From assembly GCA_027022365.1 (NCBI GenBank), contig JALVYU010000038.1, positions 1 to 56,951 of the forward strand: DNA of 56,951 bases, written 5' to 3'. The notes below the pieces were generated by a model. That model was not told where the DNA came from and made no database searches. It worked only from the letters and a program-made list of their open reading frames with translations. The stretch comes from Desulfurococcales archaeon (GTDB lineage Archaea > Thermoproteota > Thermoprotei_A > Sulfolobales > Desulfurococcaceae). Made by a program: the position numbers and the translations under genes. The stretch's first letter is position 1. Every line of letters starts with the position of its first letter. Shown here piece after piece: positions 18,624-28,592 of the stretch.

Positions 18624-19070
18624 ATGAGATACAAGATAGACGAGAAAGACATGAAAATAATCAATATGTTAAGAGAGAACGGGAGAATACCATACACCGA
18701 GATAGCCCAGAAAATAGGCATAAGTGATGTAGCCGTAATAAAGAGGATAAGGAAACTCGAGGAAATAGGTGTTATCAGGAAGTTCACAATCCTAGTAGAC
18801 CCAAAGATGCTTGGATACAATGTAGTGGCTATTGTGGGCGTAGATACTGAGCCGGAGAAACTATTCGATATTATCAGGGAGCTGAAGAAGTTCAAGCAAG
18901 TAAAATACATAGCGACAACAAGCGGGGACCACGACATCATGACCGTTATATGGGCGAAAGACCAGAAGGAGTACGCCGATATACACGACAAGATCATGAG
19001 CATGCCGGGCGTCAAAAGAGTCTGCCCCGCTATAATCCAAGAGAATATCTACGGAGACATATGTCTCTAG
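18624..19070 (+). CDS. Lrp/AsnC-family transcriptional regulator (LrpA-like)
   Basis: IDEKDMKIINMLRENGRIPYTEIAQKIGIS..AV.KRIRKLEE.GVI HTH plus RAM domain (TSGDHD). Confidence 0.93.
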   Translation: MRYKIDEKDMKIINMLRENGRIPYTEIAQKIGISDVAVIKRIRKLEEIGVIRKFTILVDPKMLGYNVVAIVGVDTEPEKLFDIIRELKKFKQVKYIATTSGDHDIMTVIWAKDQKEYADIHDKIMSMPGVKRVCPAIIQENIYGDICL

Positions 19071-19102
19071 CTATCAAAACAGTAGCCCTGGTGGTGGAAG
19101 GG

Positions 19103-19834
19103 TTGCATGGTACACGTAGACTATACTATGAAGACCAGTATATGAAGGAGTTCGACGCATCAGTGGTTGATGCATGGAGCAAGGATGACAAGACCTGCAT
19201 AGTGCTTGACCAGACATGCTTCTATCCAGGCGGTGGAGGCCAGCCCTGCGATACCGGTGTCCTTGTAGGTGACGGGTGGCGCCTAGTTGTGGAGACAACA
19301 TATCTCGATAGCGATAGGATAGTTCACGAGGGAGTATTAGAGGGAAGAATGCCTAAAATAGGCGAAATCGTCCACGGAGTGTTGGACTGGGATAGAAGGT
19401 ATAGGCTCATGAGGATGCATACAGCCGCCCATATTATCGGGTGTGTTGTTAAGAAGCTATTCAACGCTAGATTTGCTGGCGGAGCTATAGGTGTTGATTA
19501 CAGCTATGACGATTATACAGCTCGGATTAAGCGTAGCGATCTACCTAGAATAGAGGATGAGGCAAATAAGATCGTTGAGGCTGGTCTTCGACACATAGTG
19601 CGAGTCATGGACAGGGATGAAGCTGAGAAGTACCTGGAAAGATTTGGTGAGAGGCTTACTGAGCTCCACGAGGGATTAGAGAAGATCAGGATATTAGAGA
19701 TCGAGGGTATATGTGCTTTCCCCTGCGGCGGAACACACGTTGCTAATACCAGTGAGGTCGGGAGAATAAAGTTGTTGAAGAGGGAGAGTAAGGGCAGAGG
19801 TATTACCCGGATAAGATACACTATCGAGCCCTGA
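19103..19834 (+). CDS. alaX: Alanyl-tRNA editing protein AlaX-M
   Basis: FYPGGGGQPCDTG, HTAAH and CGGTH zinc motifs; start TTG 19103 (alternative ATG 19061). Confidence 0.9.
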   Translation: MHGTRRLYYEDQYMKEFDASVVDAWSKDDKTCIVLDQTCFYPGGGGQPCDTGVLVGDGWRLVVETTYLDSDRIVHEGVLEGRMPKIGEIVHGVLDWDRRYRLMRMHTAAHIIGCVVKKLFNARFAGGAIGVDYSYDDYTARIKRSDLPRIEDEANKIVEAGLRHIVRVMDRDEAEKYLERFGERLTELHEGLEKIRILEIEGICAFPCGGTHVANTSEVGRIKLLKRESKGRGITRIRYTIEP

Positions 19835-20516
19835 TCTTCCTGACAGGCCATAGTATGAGATCTGTGAGAGCCCTGACTGTTTGTTCTACAACGAATTTTA
19901 TCCCACTCCATAGTCCTTTTTCCTCTGTTATTTTCACAGCTTTAGCCCAGTCTATCTTGGCCACGATATAGGTTAGCAGGAGCGATATAATGATCAGGGC
20001 TGGAACTATGATATACCATGGAGCCTTCCCACCATTACCGATAAGCCATGATAACGTGTAGCCGAAATAAACAGCTGTCCCCGTTATAACTATTTTCCCA
20101 GCCAGCAAAGCTACGAAGAACTTAACGAGATCGTATCTCATCGCGCCGAGAGGAACATATAATATGTCGTCGGGAAGCGGGAGCACGGCGAACAAGAAAA
20201 CCGCGAGGAACACGCTCTGCCGGCTGATCCTTATGAATACCTCCATGTTCTTCTTCATATCGTCCGGTATCAGCTTCCTTATCCCTACCCCGAAGTAGTA
20301 AACTATTACTTTTCCAACTGCAGCTCCTAGGCCTCCTGCTAGGGTTATGAGGAGATTGGCTATGGGGTCTTGGACTGTTCCACTATAGAGTATAATGAAT
20401 ATAAGATATGGTATGGTACTGTACGGTATGGCGTTCCCTAGCAGGGAAACAATGAATACTCCTAGGACACCGTATTGCGATATGATGCCCCATAATATGT
20501 TTCCTATATCTGTCAA
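19821..20516 (-). CDS. DedA/VTT-domain (YqaA-like) membrane protein
   Basis: GLGAAVGK..YYFG, LPLPDD.LYVPLG..RY...KFF...LAGK. Confidence 0.8.
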   Translation of the reverse strand: MTDIGNILWGIISQYGVLGVFIVSLLGNAIPYSTIPYLIFIILYSGTVQDPIANLLITLAGGLGAAVGKVIVYYFGVGIRKLIPDDMKKNMEVFIRISRQSVFLAVFLFAVLPLPDDILYVPLGAMRYDLVKFFVALLAGKIVITGTAVYFGYTLSWLIGNGGKAPWYIIVPALIIISLLLTYIVAKIDWAKAVKITEEKGLWSGIKFVVEQTVRALTDLILWPVRKIRAR

Positions 20517-20612
20517 TTCTGCATTACCACTTGCTTCTATCCACTGTTCAAACTGTAATTCAAAGTCAAGAATATTAAGCCGTTGTTAGCTAATATATGA
20601 CTTGAGAAAAAG

Positions 20613-20630
20613 TGTTAGGCTAACCTAACA
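20613..20630. promoter_or_regulatory. DtxR/IdeR-type metal-responsive operator upstream of feoAB
   Basis: Palindrome TGTTAGG-CTAA-CCTAACA; reverse strand contains TTAGGTTAGCCTAA, the core of the DtxR consensus; lies between an AT-rich TATA-like element and the feoA start. Confidence 0.75.
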
Positions 20631-20653
20631 TTTCTTGTGGAAAGGTGGACAAA

Positions 20654-20902
20654 GTGAACATATATAACCGGACAGTAGCGCTTGAAGAACTGCCTAGCGG
20701 CAGTAGGGCGAGAATAGTCGAGATCATAGGTAGAGGCGGATGGATATACAGGTTATACCAGATGGGTTTAACCCCGGGCGTCATAGTTGACGTCGTGTTG
20801 AACATTGGGAGAGGACCCGTTATAATCAGGGTAATGGGCGTCGAAATAGCCATTGGAAGAGGGATCGCGAGGAGGATAATCGTTGAGCCGATCAACACAT
20901 AA
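20654..20902 (+). CDS. feoA: Ferrous iron transport protein A
   Basis: RLYQMGLTPG...GPVIIRV.G.EIAIGRGIA; start 20654 or 20645. Confidence 0.9.
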   Translation: MNIYNRTVALEELPSGSRARIVEIIGRGGWIYRLYQMGLTPGVIVDVVLNIGRGPVIIRVMGVEIAIGRGIARRIIVEPINT

Positions 20903-22985
20903 GAAAGAATACGAGATAGCCATAATAGGACAGCCGAATGTTGGTAAATCAACACTATTCAATATATTGACTGGTAGAAAAGCACATGTTGCCAACTGGC
21001 CCGGCGTGACCGTAGAGGTTCATGAGGGAGAAACATATTTCAATGGAAACAAGATAAGACTCGTAGACCTCCCCGGAATCTATGGTTTCTCAACTCTCTC
21101 CCTGGAGGAACGAATAGCTAGAAACTATATTTTGAGCGGGCGCCCCGACGCCGTAATAGTACTTGTGGATAGCCTCAATCCCGAGCGGACAATGTATCTC
21201 GCGATCCAGGCCCTAGAAATGACGGGGAAAGTAGTTATAGGTTTCACCAAGAGCGACGCGGCCCACGCGCACGGTATTCACATAAACTATGACCTGATAT
21301 CGAAGAGGCTTGGCGTACCAGTGGTTCCGGTCTCGGCGGCGACGCTACGCGGTATCCGTAGTTTACTGAGATCAGCCATAGATGTCGCCAGGGGAAGGGC
21401 CGGCAGGAAGAAACCGTTTAGAATAGATTATGGAGAGCTAGAACCCTACGTATCCTCTATAGAGTCTCTCCTCAAACAATATGAGGAGAGACTGGAGTAT
21501 CCTATCAGGTGGATGGCTCTGAGACTACTGGAGGGAGACGACGACCTCTACAAGTATGTTAGAGGAGTATGTGGCGAGGATATTGCTGAAGAGATTGCGA
21601 GGATAAGGGAGGAGGTAAAGAAGATCTTCCGCCGCGACCCCGCTGAGCTTCTAGCTAAGAAGAGGTTCGAGTACCTTCAGAGAATACTGGGAGACGCCAT
21701 TGTTAGACTGGAGATAAAGAAGGGGCGCTTCGAACGGTTTACAAGGCTCTTCTACAGGCCATTCGTAGGCCCTGTTCTCAGCCTCACCATACTTCTAGGC
21801 ATGTTCATGATCGCATTCACAATCAATACAGGGTTTCCCCTAAATATCCTGCTTGATTCCCTAGGAATGCATGACGCGGCCTCCGCCATCGAGGAGTACA
21901 GTATTGGAGGTCTCATGGAGAAACTCTTCTCATGGATCAGCTCCTGGATAATCAACAGCTTTGGCGAGTCATGGCTGACCGACCTAGTGGCGAACGGGAT
22001 AATAAGTGGTGTGGGTAGCGTCCTTATATTCCTTCCCCTCATAATGATTGTCAGCCTCTTTCTAGCAATACTGGAGGATTCAGGCATTGCTCCCCGCATG
22101 GCGGTCAGTCTCCACGGCCCTCTCTCAAAGATAGGCGTGTCAGGCCACGCAATATTCCCCATGACTATGAGCCTCGGATGTAATGTCCCCGCCATACTCG
22201 CTACAAGAGCTATTCCAAGTAGGTCTGAGAGACTACGATTACTTATGACACTACCGTTCATACCGTGTCAGGCCCGGCTTGTCGTCATACTTGCGTTCGC
22301 GTCAAGCCTTGTAAGTGGTTATGGGGCACTACTCGTAGTTCTCGGCTATTCCGCAGCATTTCTTGCTTTTGCAGTTGTAAACAAGATCCTCTATACATAT
22401 GAAAAGAGGAAGACCGGCGGGAAGGAGCCCGAGATAGTATTGGAGCTCCCGCCAATACATAGGCCTCTCGGGAAAGTTTTATGGTGGCATGTATGGGATA
22501 ATAGCAAGCATTTCCTGAAGAAAGCAGGTACAATCATATTTAGCCTAAGTATTCTTATCTGGTTCCTCGTCAATGTTTCTCCGGGCATAGCCCTTACTGA
22601 TAATCCCGGCGAGAGCATAGCAGCTGTTATATCTCACTACTTATCCCCAATAGTATATCCTATAGGGATAGAGCCGGGCAAGGCTTGGATAATCGCCTTC
22701 GCATTACTCATCGGGTTTATCGCCAAGGAGGCAGTTGTTGAGACCCTGACGATCCTAACGGGCACTTCTTCGGCTCAACAAGCACTCATACTCCTAGGTC
22801 TTACAGCGTCACAGCTAGCCGCTCTCACTGTTTTCGTCGTCCTCTATGTTCCCTGCATAGCGACAATCGCAGTGATATACAGCGAGTCGAGAAGCGTAAG
22901 GCACACACTAGCAACTATTGCTTTGATGCTGGGCATCGCCTATGTAGCCATGTTGATAACGTATGGTTTATCACTGATCATATAG
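20883..22985 (+). CDS. feoB: Ferrous iron transport protein B
   Basis: GQPNVGKS, NWPGVTVE, DLPGIY, LEDSG, GCNVPA, PCQARL and YVPCIAT motifs. Confidence 0.96.
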   Translation: MSRSTHKKEYEIAIIGQPNVGKSTLFNILTGRKAHVANWPGVTVEVHEGETYFNGNKIRLVDLPGIYGFSTLSLEERIARNYILSGRPDAVIVLVDSLNPERTMYLAIQALEMTGKVVIGFTKSDAAHAHGIHINYDLISKRLGVPVVPVSAATLRGIRSLLRSAIDVARGRAGRKKPFRIDYGELEPYVSSIESLLKQYEERLEYPIRWMALRLLEGDDDLYKYVRGVCGEDIAEEIARIREEVKKIFRRDPAELLAKKRFEYLQRILGDAIVRLEIKKGRFERFTRLFYRPFVGPVLSLTILLGMFMIAFTINTGFPLNILLDSLGMHDAASAIEEYSIGGLMEKLFSWISSWIINSFGESWLTDLVANGIISGVGSVLIFLPLIMIVSLFLAILEDSGIAPRMAVSLHGPLSKIGVSGHAIFPMTMSLGCNVPAILATRAIPSRSERLRLLMTLPFIPCQARLVVILAFASSLVSGYGALLVVLGYSAAFLAFAVVNKILYTYEKRKTGGKEPEIVLELPPIHRPLGKVLWWHVWDNSKHFLKKAGTIIFSLSILIWFLVNVSPGIALTDNPGESIAAVISHYLSPIVYPIGIEPGKAWIIAFALLIGFIAKEAVVETLTILTGTSSAQQALILLGLTASQLAALTVFVVLYVPCIATIAVIYSESRSVRHTLATIALMLGIAYVAMLITYGLSLII

Positions 22986-23024
22986 AAGAATTATCTCTTA
23001 GACCGAGGAACAATATTCTAAACA

Positions 23025-23498
23025 ATGGCATGGATACGGGTTGATAATGTCTTGACGGACAGAAGACGAAGAGGGTTCAGCCACGAGAGAGACCTATTAA
23101 TGAAGCTATGGAAGAAAGGCTTCGCCGTAATGCGTGCTCCCGCTAGCGGTGCCAAGGCTAGGCGGTTCGCCGTTCCGGACCTCGTGGCGATAAGGAACGG
23201 TGTCGTCTTAGTGTTCGAGGTCAAAACCATGCATGAAGAGCGAGACCTCTATGTCCCTGTACATCAAGTATCTAAGCTTATAGAGTTTGCAAAAAGGAGT
23301 GGTGGTTATGCCTTCATTGCTGTTAAGATCGTCGGACATGGGACGGGGTGGAGGTTCATACCTATAGATAAGATCGAGAAAACACCGGCCGGGAACTACA
23401 AGGTTTCTGTTAAGTTATTTTCTTCAGGGCTGAGTATCAGGGACCTGGTAGTATTAGCTGAGAAACACAAGAGTATTGATAAATTCTTCTTAAAATGA
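23025..23498 (+). CDS. hjc: Holliday junction resolvase Hjc
   Basis: G.SHERDL...L...GFAVMRAPASG...PDLVA......FEVK; true start may be TTG 23052. Confidence 0.92.
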   Translation: MAWIRVDNVLTDRRRRGFSHERDLLMKLWKKGFAVMRAPASGAKARRFAVPDLVAIRNGVVLVFEVKTMHEERDLYVPVHQVSKLIEFAKRSGGYAFIAVKIVGHGTGWRFIPIDKIEKTPAGNYKVSVKLFSSGLSIRDLVVLAEKHKSIDKFFLK

Positions 23499-23637
23499 TT
23501 GTTTCAATTCATTATATGAATCTATAAATTAGTGACCAAAATTCTTACAATTTCTCGTATTAAAGACTGTTGGACAAGGTTTTTATAATCTGTGACAATC
23601 TCTTATAATGTATTTAAGCCCATGAGGTGGGATTATC

Positions 23638-25179
23638 GTGGGTGAAATTGCAGCTGAGTATTGGAAAAGAAGGAAAGGGTTCATCTTAGCAGCAATAGGC
23701 TCAGCGATCGGTTTGGGAAACATATGGCGTTTCAGCTGGCTGACGTACCGTAATGGTGGAGGAGCTTTCCTAATACCATACTTCATAGCCCTCCTGATCG
23801 TCGGTGTACCGCTGCTGATCCTGGAGTTCCTGCTCGGCAATTATTTCGCTGGCTCGTCCCCAAAGGTGTTCAGGAAGATAAGGGATAGCCTCGAGATCAT
23901 AGGATGGATAGCAATACTAGACGTGTTCATAATAGGCACGTACTACGCTGTGGTATTGGCTTGGGTATTCGACTACATATGGCTATCGATAACATACGCT
24001 CCACAGCTGGCCTCCGGGACATTATCTGCCTCCCAGTTATTCGGTAACCTCGTGACGAACCCATGGCTGGTTTTACTAGGCCTCGCCGTCACTTGGTTCA
24101 TAACATGGTACACAGTGTTCCGCGGAGTGTCAGAGGGTATCGAAAAGGCTAGCCTCGTGGCAATACCTCTCCTATGGATACTTAGCATAATACTTGTCAT
24201 AAGAGGAGTAACGCTACCAGGAGCAGATACTGGTATTAACTGGTATCTATCACCAGACTTCTCCAAGCTAGCCTCAGGATCGGTGTGGATTGATGCGTTC
24301 GGACAAATACTGTTCACACTAAGCATAATGGCTGCACCCCTAATTGTCTACGCCAGCTACATGCCGAAGAAGTCGGAGCTGCCGAATAGTGCATGGATAA
24401 CGGCTTTCGCTAACTGTGGCTTTAGCTTCTTCTTCGGCTTCGCCACATGGGGCATCATAGGATACCTGATGAGCCTTAAGAACGTTACCAGCCCTGCAGC
24501 CCTTAACATTCCGCTGGGCGGCGGCGGCCTTGCATTCATCACCATACCTACTGCCATGAGCCAGTTACCGGGAGGCCCGTCGGTAGCGGCCGTGTTCGGC
24601 CTGATATTCTTCCTGGTACTATGGCTAGCTGGCTACACGTCGCTGATCTCCATTATTGAGCCCGTGTATGCGGCGCTCCGCGACAAGTTCGGTGTAACTA
24701 GGAGGCAGACCGTGACCGCTGTGACGATCATATCATTCATAATCGGCTTGATCTTCGTGTTTGACCCAGACATGATCGATCCCGTCGACTTCACCGTGGG
24801 CTCAACGAACCTGGTATGGATAGTTCTGCTAGAGGCGGCTGTTGCAGGCTTCTACCTAGGCGTTAAGAAGCTAAGGGAATACGCGAACCCGTATGCAGAG
24901 CTAAAGCTTGGAGTATGGTTCGACTATCTAGTTAAATACGCGGCGCCCATCAGCATGGCGGTTATACTGTTCTACGGGCTATGGTACGCTAAGGCCCAGG
25001 TAGTGGTCTACAGCATCGTCCAGGCAGGCAAAACAATGGCAGTCAATGCCCCTGGTACCGTGAATGGTGTACACCCGGTATCACTGATAGTCATGGTGGC
25101 ACTCCTGATCGCAGCGATCCTTGTGACGGGGTTAAAGTGGAGGACAAAAATAGCGGAAACAAGCATAGCGGAGGTGTAA
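23638..25179 (+). CDS. Sodium-dependent NSS/SNF-family amino acid transporter
   Basis: GFILAAIGSAIGLGNIWRF...NGGGAFLIPY and GLAFITIP. Confidence 0.93.
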   Translation: MGEIAAEYWKRRKGFILAAIGSAIGLGNIWRFSWLTYRNGGGAFLIPYFIALLIVGVPLLILEFLLGNYFAGSSPKVFRKIRDSLEIIGWIAILDVFIIGTYYAVVLAWVFDYIWLSITYAPQLASGTLSASQLFGNLVTNPWLVLLGLAVTWFITWYTVFRGVSEGIEKASLVAIPLLWILSIILVIRGVTLPGADTGINWYLSPDFSKLASGSVWIDAFGQILFTLSIMAAPLIVYASYMPKKSELPNSAWITAFANCGFSFFFGFATWGIIGYLMSLKNVTSPAALNIPLGGGGLAFITIPTAMSQLPGGPSVAAVFGLIFFLVLWLAGYTSLISIIEPVYAALRDKFGVTRRQTVTAVTIISFIIGLIFVFDPDMIDPVDFTVGSTNLVWIVLLEAAVAGFYLGVKKLREYANPYAELKLGVWFDYLVKYAAPISMAVILFYGLWYAKAQVVVYSIVQAGKTMAVNAPGTVNGVHPVSLIVMVALLIAAILVTGLKWRTKIAETSIAEV

Positions 25180-25183
25180 GACC

Positions 25184-25300
25184 ATGTTATCTATGGAAGC
25201 CATAGGTATGTTGATCTTCGGGATCATCGTACTCTATGTGTTCGGCCTAGGCTGGGGTATCTTCAGAGCCTGGAAGAAGAGTAAGGAGAAGAAAACCTAG
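25184..25300 (+). CDS. MetS-like NSS transporter small subunit (38 aa, one TM)
   Basis: MLSMEAIGMLIFGIIVLYVFGLGWGIFRAWKKSKEKKT; GGAGGTG SD inside the end of the NSS gene; absent from the ORF track. Confidence 0.78.
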   Translation: MLSMEAIGMLIFGIIVLYVFGLGWGIFRAWKKSKEKKT

Positions 25301-25394
25301 TATAGACTATAACTGAAGGGTCGGAAAATACCAACAGTTTTTTATCTATCTAATCTATCTGAAATAATTGCTAAGTTTTTGATCTAGTGGATTG

Positions 25395-26969
25395 TTATGC
25401 GATCCTTATTTTTATTGAGACATTGTATTTGTCCTCGAGCTTCCTAAGCCTCTTCAGCTTCCTGTTATAGGTTCTTATCATACTCCTCGGTATTGTCACT
25501 GTTATTACATTCCCGTCGACGCTTATGTCTGCTCCTGGCAATATACGCTCAATAGTTCTTACGACCTTATCTATTGTACCGATCCCTGTCTTGGCCTTGA
25601 ACTTCTTAACTGGGATGACTACTGTTTGTTCGCCGAACGTATATATCTCGTATTCCAGCTCGTCCGTTAGAAAGTCCCTAACTTCTATGACTGGTCTAGA
25701 TAGCTCTGCTTCTTTGAGCCCCGTTGGTAGCTTGACAGTCATCTTGACCTCGTAGACCTTGTGAACGTAGCCGTTCTTGATGAATATAACTGTGTCTATT
25801 AGGCTCGGTATCATTCCTAGCTCTACTCGTCCTATGAATCTCTGTATAGCATCTATTGGTGTTGTCGCGTGGACTACTCCTATCATGCCTATACCCGCTA
25901 GTCTGAGGTCGGCGTATAGTCTGAAGTCCTCGTCACTACGCATCTCGTCGAAGACCGTGTAATCCGGCCTCGAGAGGAGGAGGATATCGTGTAGCTCTCC
26001 CAGATCCGCATAGTTCTTGCTGTACTGCGTTATCTCGGGCGGCAGGTTCATGTCTCTTGGAGACTCTATTGTCTTGACAACTTTTCCTAGACGCATATAG
26101 TACTCGGCGAGCGCCTGTGCAAATGTTGTTTTACCCATACCAGGTGCTCCCGCGATTAGTATGCCCTCGGCGCGCTCATTCAGCCTCTTGATGAGCTTGG
26201 GCGGCAGATTATAGTCTTCCAGGCTCAGCTTCTTCAGTGGACGCACAGCAGTTATCTCCCATCCGTCGCTCAGCGGGGGTCTCGTTATAACTATCCTGTA
26301 TAGTCCCAGCTGTACTATCGTTGAGCCGAACCTGTCTATCTCGATGAAGCCGTCAGGCCTCCTCCTGGTTTCTTCTATGATCTGGTTCGCTATCTCCTCG
26401 AGATCATTTCTTGTAAGAGGCTTATCCCCTATAGGCTCATAGGCCCAGTCCCCCGGCCTACCCTTCTTAGCTATAGGTATTATGCCCTCCTTGAGGTGAA
26501 CGCTCATTGTCGTCTCATCGAAGAACTTCTCTAGTATAAATACCCGCTTCTCCTCCGGCCTGATATATATGACGTTGAGCCCCATCGCCTCAGCAACTAA
26601 AGCCTGCACCCGATCACCAGTTATGAGGGTGGCGCCTACCTGGTAGGCATAGTCACGTATGAGGCTGTCTATGGCCTCGCTCCCGAGAACCTTGATGTCT
26701 GTTGCACGGGGTTTCTCGCCACCGATCTCAACCATGACCACGCCTTGCTCGGATAGTTTGCGGAGCCTCCTTATCTCCTCGAGGCCCGCATAGCCAGTGG
26801 CTCTTCCCTTGTTGGCCTGATGCTCTAGCTCGGCCAGGCTAGCTCTATGGATAATTATTCTCCCCTTTATTCTGCCCTCTTTGACAAGCCTAGATACAGC
26901 TCCTTCTATCAAAGCACTCGTATCCGGCACATACACTTCTTCGCCGGCTGGACCCAGTGTTATCGACAT
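25395..26969 (-). CDS. pina: PINA: PIN-domain PilT/VirB11-like ATPase with C-terminal KH-like domain
   Basis: VPDTS PIN motif, GAPGMGKT Walker A, FDEMR Walker B, HAT..IDAIQRF. Confidence 0.88.
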   Translation of the reverse strand: MSITLGPAGEEVYVPDTSALIEGAVSRLVKEGRIKGRIIIHRASLAELEHQANKGRATGYAGLEEIRRLRKLSEQGVVMVEIGGEKPRATDIKVLGSEAIDSLIRDYAYQVGATLITGDRVQALVAEAMGLNVIYIRPEEKRVFILEKFFDETTMSVHLKEGIIPIAKKGRPGDWAYEPIGDKPLTRNDLEEIANQIIEETRRRPDGFIEIDRFGSTIVQLGLYRIVITRPPLSDGWEITAVRPLKKLSLEDYNLPPKLIKRLNERAEGILIAGAPGMGKTTFAQALAEYYMRLGKVVKTIESPRDMNLPPEITQYSKNYADLGELHDILLLSRPDYTVFDEMRSDEDFRLYADLRLAGIGMIGVVHATTPIDAIQRFIGRVELGMIPSLIDTVIFIKNGYVHKVYEVKMTVKLPTGLKEAELSRPVIEVRDFLTDELEYEIYTFGEQTVVIPVKKFKAKTGIGTIDKVVRTIERILPGADISVDGNVITVTIPRSMIRTYNRKLKRLRKLEDKYNVSIKIRIA

Positions 26970-27130
26970 ACGTTATTCCTCCACGGATCATTTTCTCCTA
27001 TTCGAAAAACATTGTGTTAAAACCTTATATATTGTAGTACTAACCTGATCTACCCATAACGCTAATTATATCTTTTATATAAAGAAACTGATAACTAGAC
27101 GAAAACCGGTCATTGATATAGGTGTAACTT

Positions 27131-28540
27131 ATGAACCGCAAGCCACTCTACCTGTTATCCCTGATCCTGATTGTCAGCCTTATCTTATCGCTCGGAACAG
27201 CCTATGCTCAACAACCAGCCCATAGCCTCTACGAAGAATCTAGAACAATTATCCCTGACAACCTGCCATGGTACCCTGTAGTGGTAATAGGAGATAATCG
27301 TCCAACCAATGTCAACAGCGTCCAGTTACCCCCAATATTCTACATGGTTGTCAATGAGACAAAAGAGATCTATCCCATCGCAGTGATCGGGACAGGAGAC
27401 CATACGGGAATGGGTACTCAGGAGCAGATAAACGTCCTGTATAACGCGTTGAAGGGATTGCAGAATGTATGGCTAGCCCTCGGCAACCACGACCTCGACG
27501 CACATCAGGAAAAGTACTGGACACAAGTAATAGCGCCCGACCACTACCATATAGATGATATCCCGGGCTGGAGAGTATTTATCCTCAACAGCGAGTGCAG
27601 GCTTTCAATGCAGTGGAAGGCCCAAGTAAACACGATCTGGAATAATCTGGGCAACCGCTCACTCATACTGGTCTTCCACAGACCAATATATCCTAAGGTA
27701 GAGCACAACCTCGACCCTGAGAGAGCAAATTACCTGCTCAGCAAGATCGCGCAACATGACCACGTAAAACTAGTACTACAAGGCCATTGGCACGGCTATG
27801 CATCAGAGGTTAGGAAAGGGATAACGTGGATAATAACCGGGGGTGCCGGGGCACCACTCTACGACTACCCCAAGACACCGCCCGACAACGCCACTATAGT
27901 TCTCGAGAGAAACCACTACATCGTACTAATACTATATCCTAACCAGACATTTACTTACGAACCCATACTAGCTGGAGACGGGAGCGGCACCCTAAAGATC
28001 ATCAGGATAAACACTACCGCATACAAGATAATCAACACTAAACTGGACATATTCAAGAAGCCTGCATGGATACCTGTCAGGCTACACGTTAACGTCAGCG
28101 GCTGGGATGTATACGCTTCCCTCATAGTGCCTCCTAATGCGTCCATCATAGTGAACTACGAGATAAACGGATATGACGTAAAGATAACAAGTAATGCCAC
28201 CAACTGGTACGCCTACGCCACCCCGCCAGGAGGAGCAAACAACGCCGTGGTAGGAAAACCTGTGAATAATGTAGCCGAGCTAAAACTATACAAGTTACAA
28301 ACAACAACTACAGCAACAACCACAACGACAACTACATTCACCACAACTACGACAACTACGAGCAAGACATCATCAACAACCTCGTCAACAACCACTACAA
28401 TTCAGCCGGCAACGCCCACAACAACTATAGTACAACAAACAACTGCACAGCAGGGCTCTCAGACAGAAATACTAGCGATTAGCGCCGCCATCATAATAGG
28501 AGCGGTAATAGCCGCGGTATTCATCTTGAAGAAGAAATGA
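27131..28540 (+). CDS. Cell-surface metallophosphoesterase with Thr-rich linker and C-terminal membrane anchor
   Basis: Signal peptide; GD, GDH, GNHD, FH and GHWH motifs; poly-Thr; C-terminal TM followed by KKK. Confidence 0.85.
   Translation: MNRKPLYLLSLILIVSLILSLGTAYAQQPAHSLYEESRTIIPDNLPWYPVVVIGDNRPTNVNSVQLPPIFYMVVNETKEIYPIAVIGTGDHTGMGTQEQINVLYNALKGLQNVWLALGNHDLDAHQEKYWTQVIAPDHYHIDDIPGWRVFILNSECRLSMQWKAQVNTIWNNLGNRSLILVFHRPIYPKVEHNLDPERANYLLSKIAQHDHVKLVLQGHWHGYASEVRKGITWIITGGAGAPLYDYPKTPPDNATIVLERNHYIVLILYPNQTFTYEPILAGDGSGTLKIIRINTTAYKIINTKLDIFKKPAWIPVRLHVNVSGWDVYASLIVPPNASIIVNYEINGYDVKITSNATNWYAYATPPGGANNAVVGKPVNNVAELKLYKLQTTTTATTTTTTTFTTTTTTTSKTSSTTSSTTTTIQPATPTTTIVQQTTAQQGSQTEILAISAAIIIGAVIAAVFILKKK
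28301..28445 (+). repeat. Low-complexity ACN-codon tract encoding a Thr/Ser-rich linker
   Basis: acaacaactacagcaacaacc... encoding TTTTATTTTTTTFTTTTTTTS. Confidence 0.85.
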
Positions 28541-28592
28541 TAAGCACAGACAAAAATAGTTTTTCAATAAAATATTTTTTAATAGACAATTC

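Noticed and set aside
25395-26969. PIN toxin or type IV pilus/secretion ATPase
   Set aside because: The PIN-ATPase-KH architecture is the known housekeeping PINA.
28301-28445. ACA-rich tract as a CRISPR array or tandem repeat locus
   Set aside because: It is an in-frame Thr-rich linker with no repeat-spacer structure.
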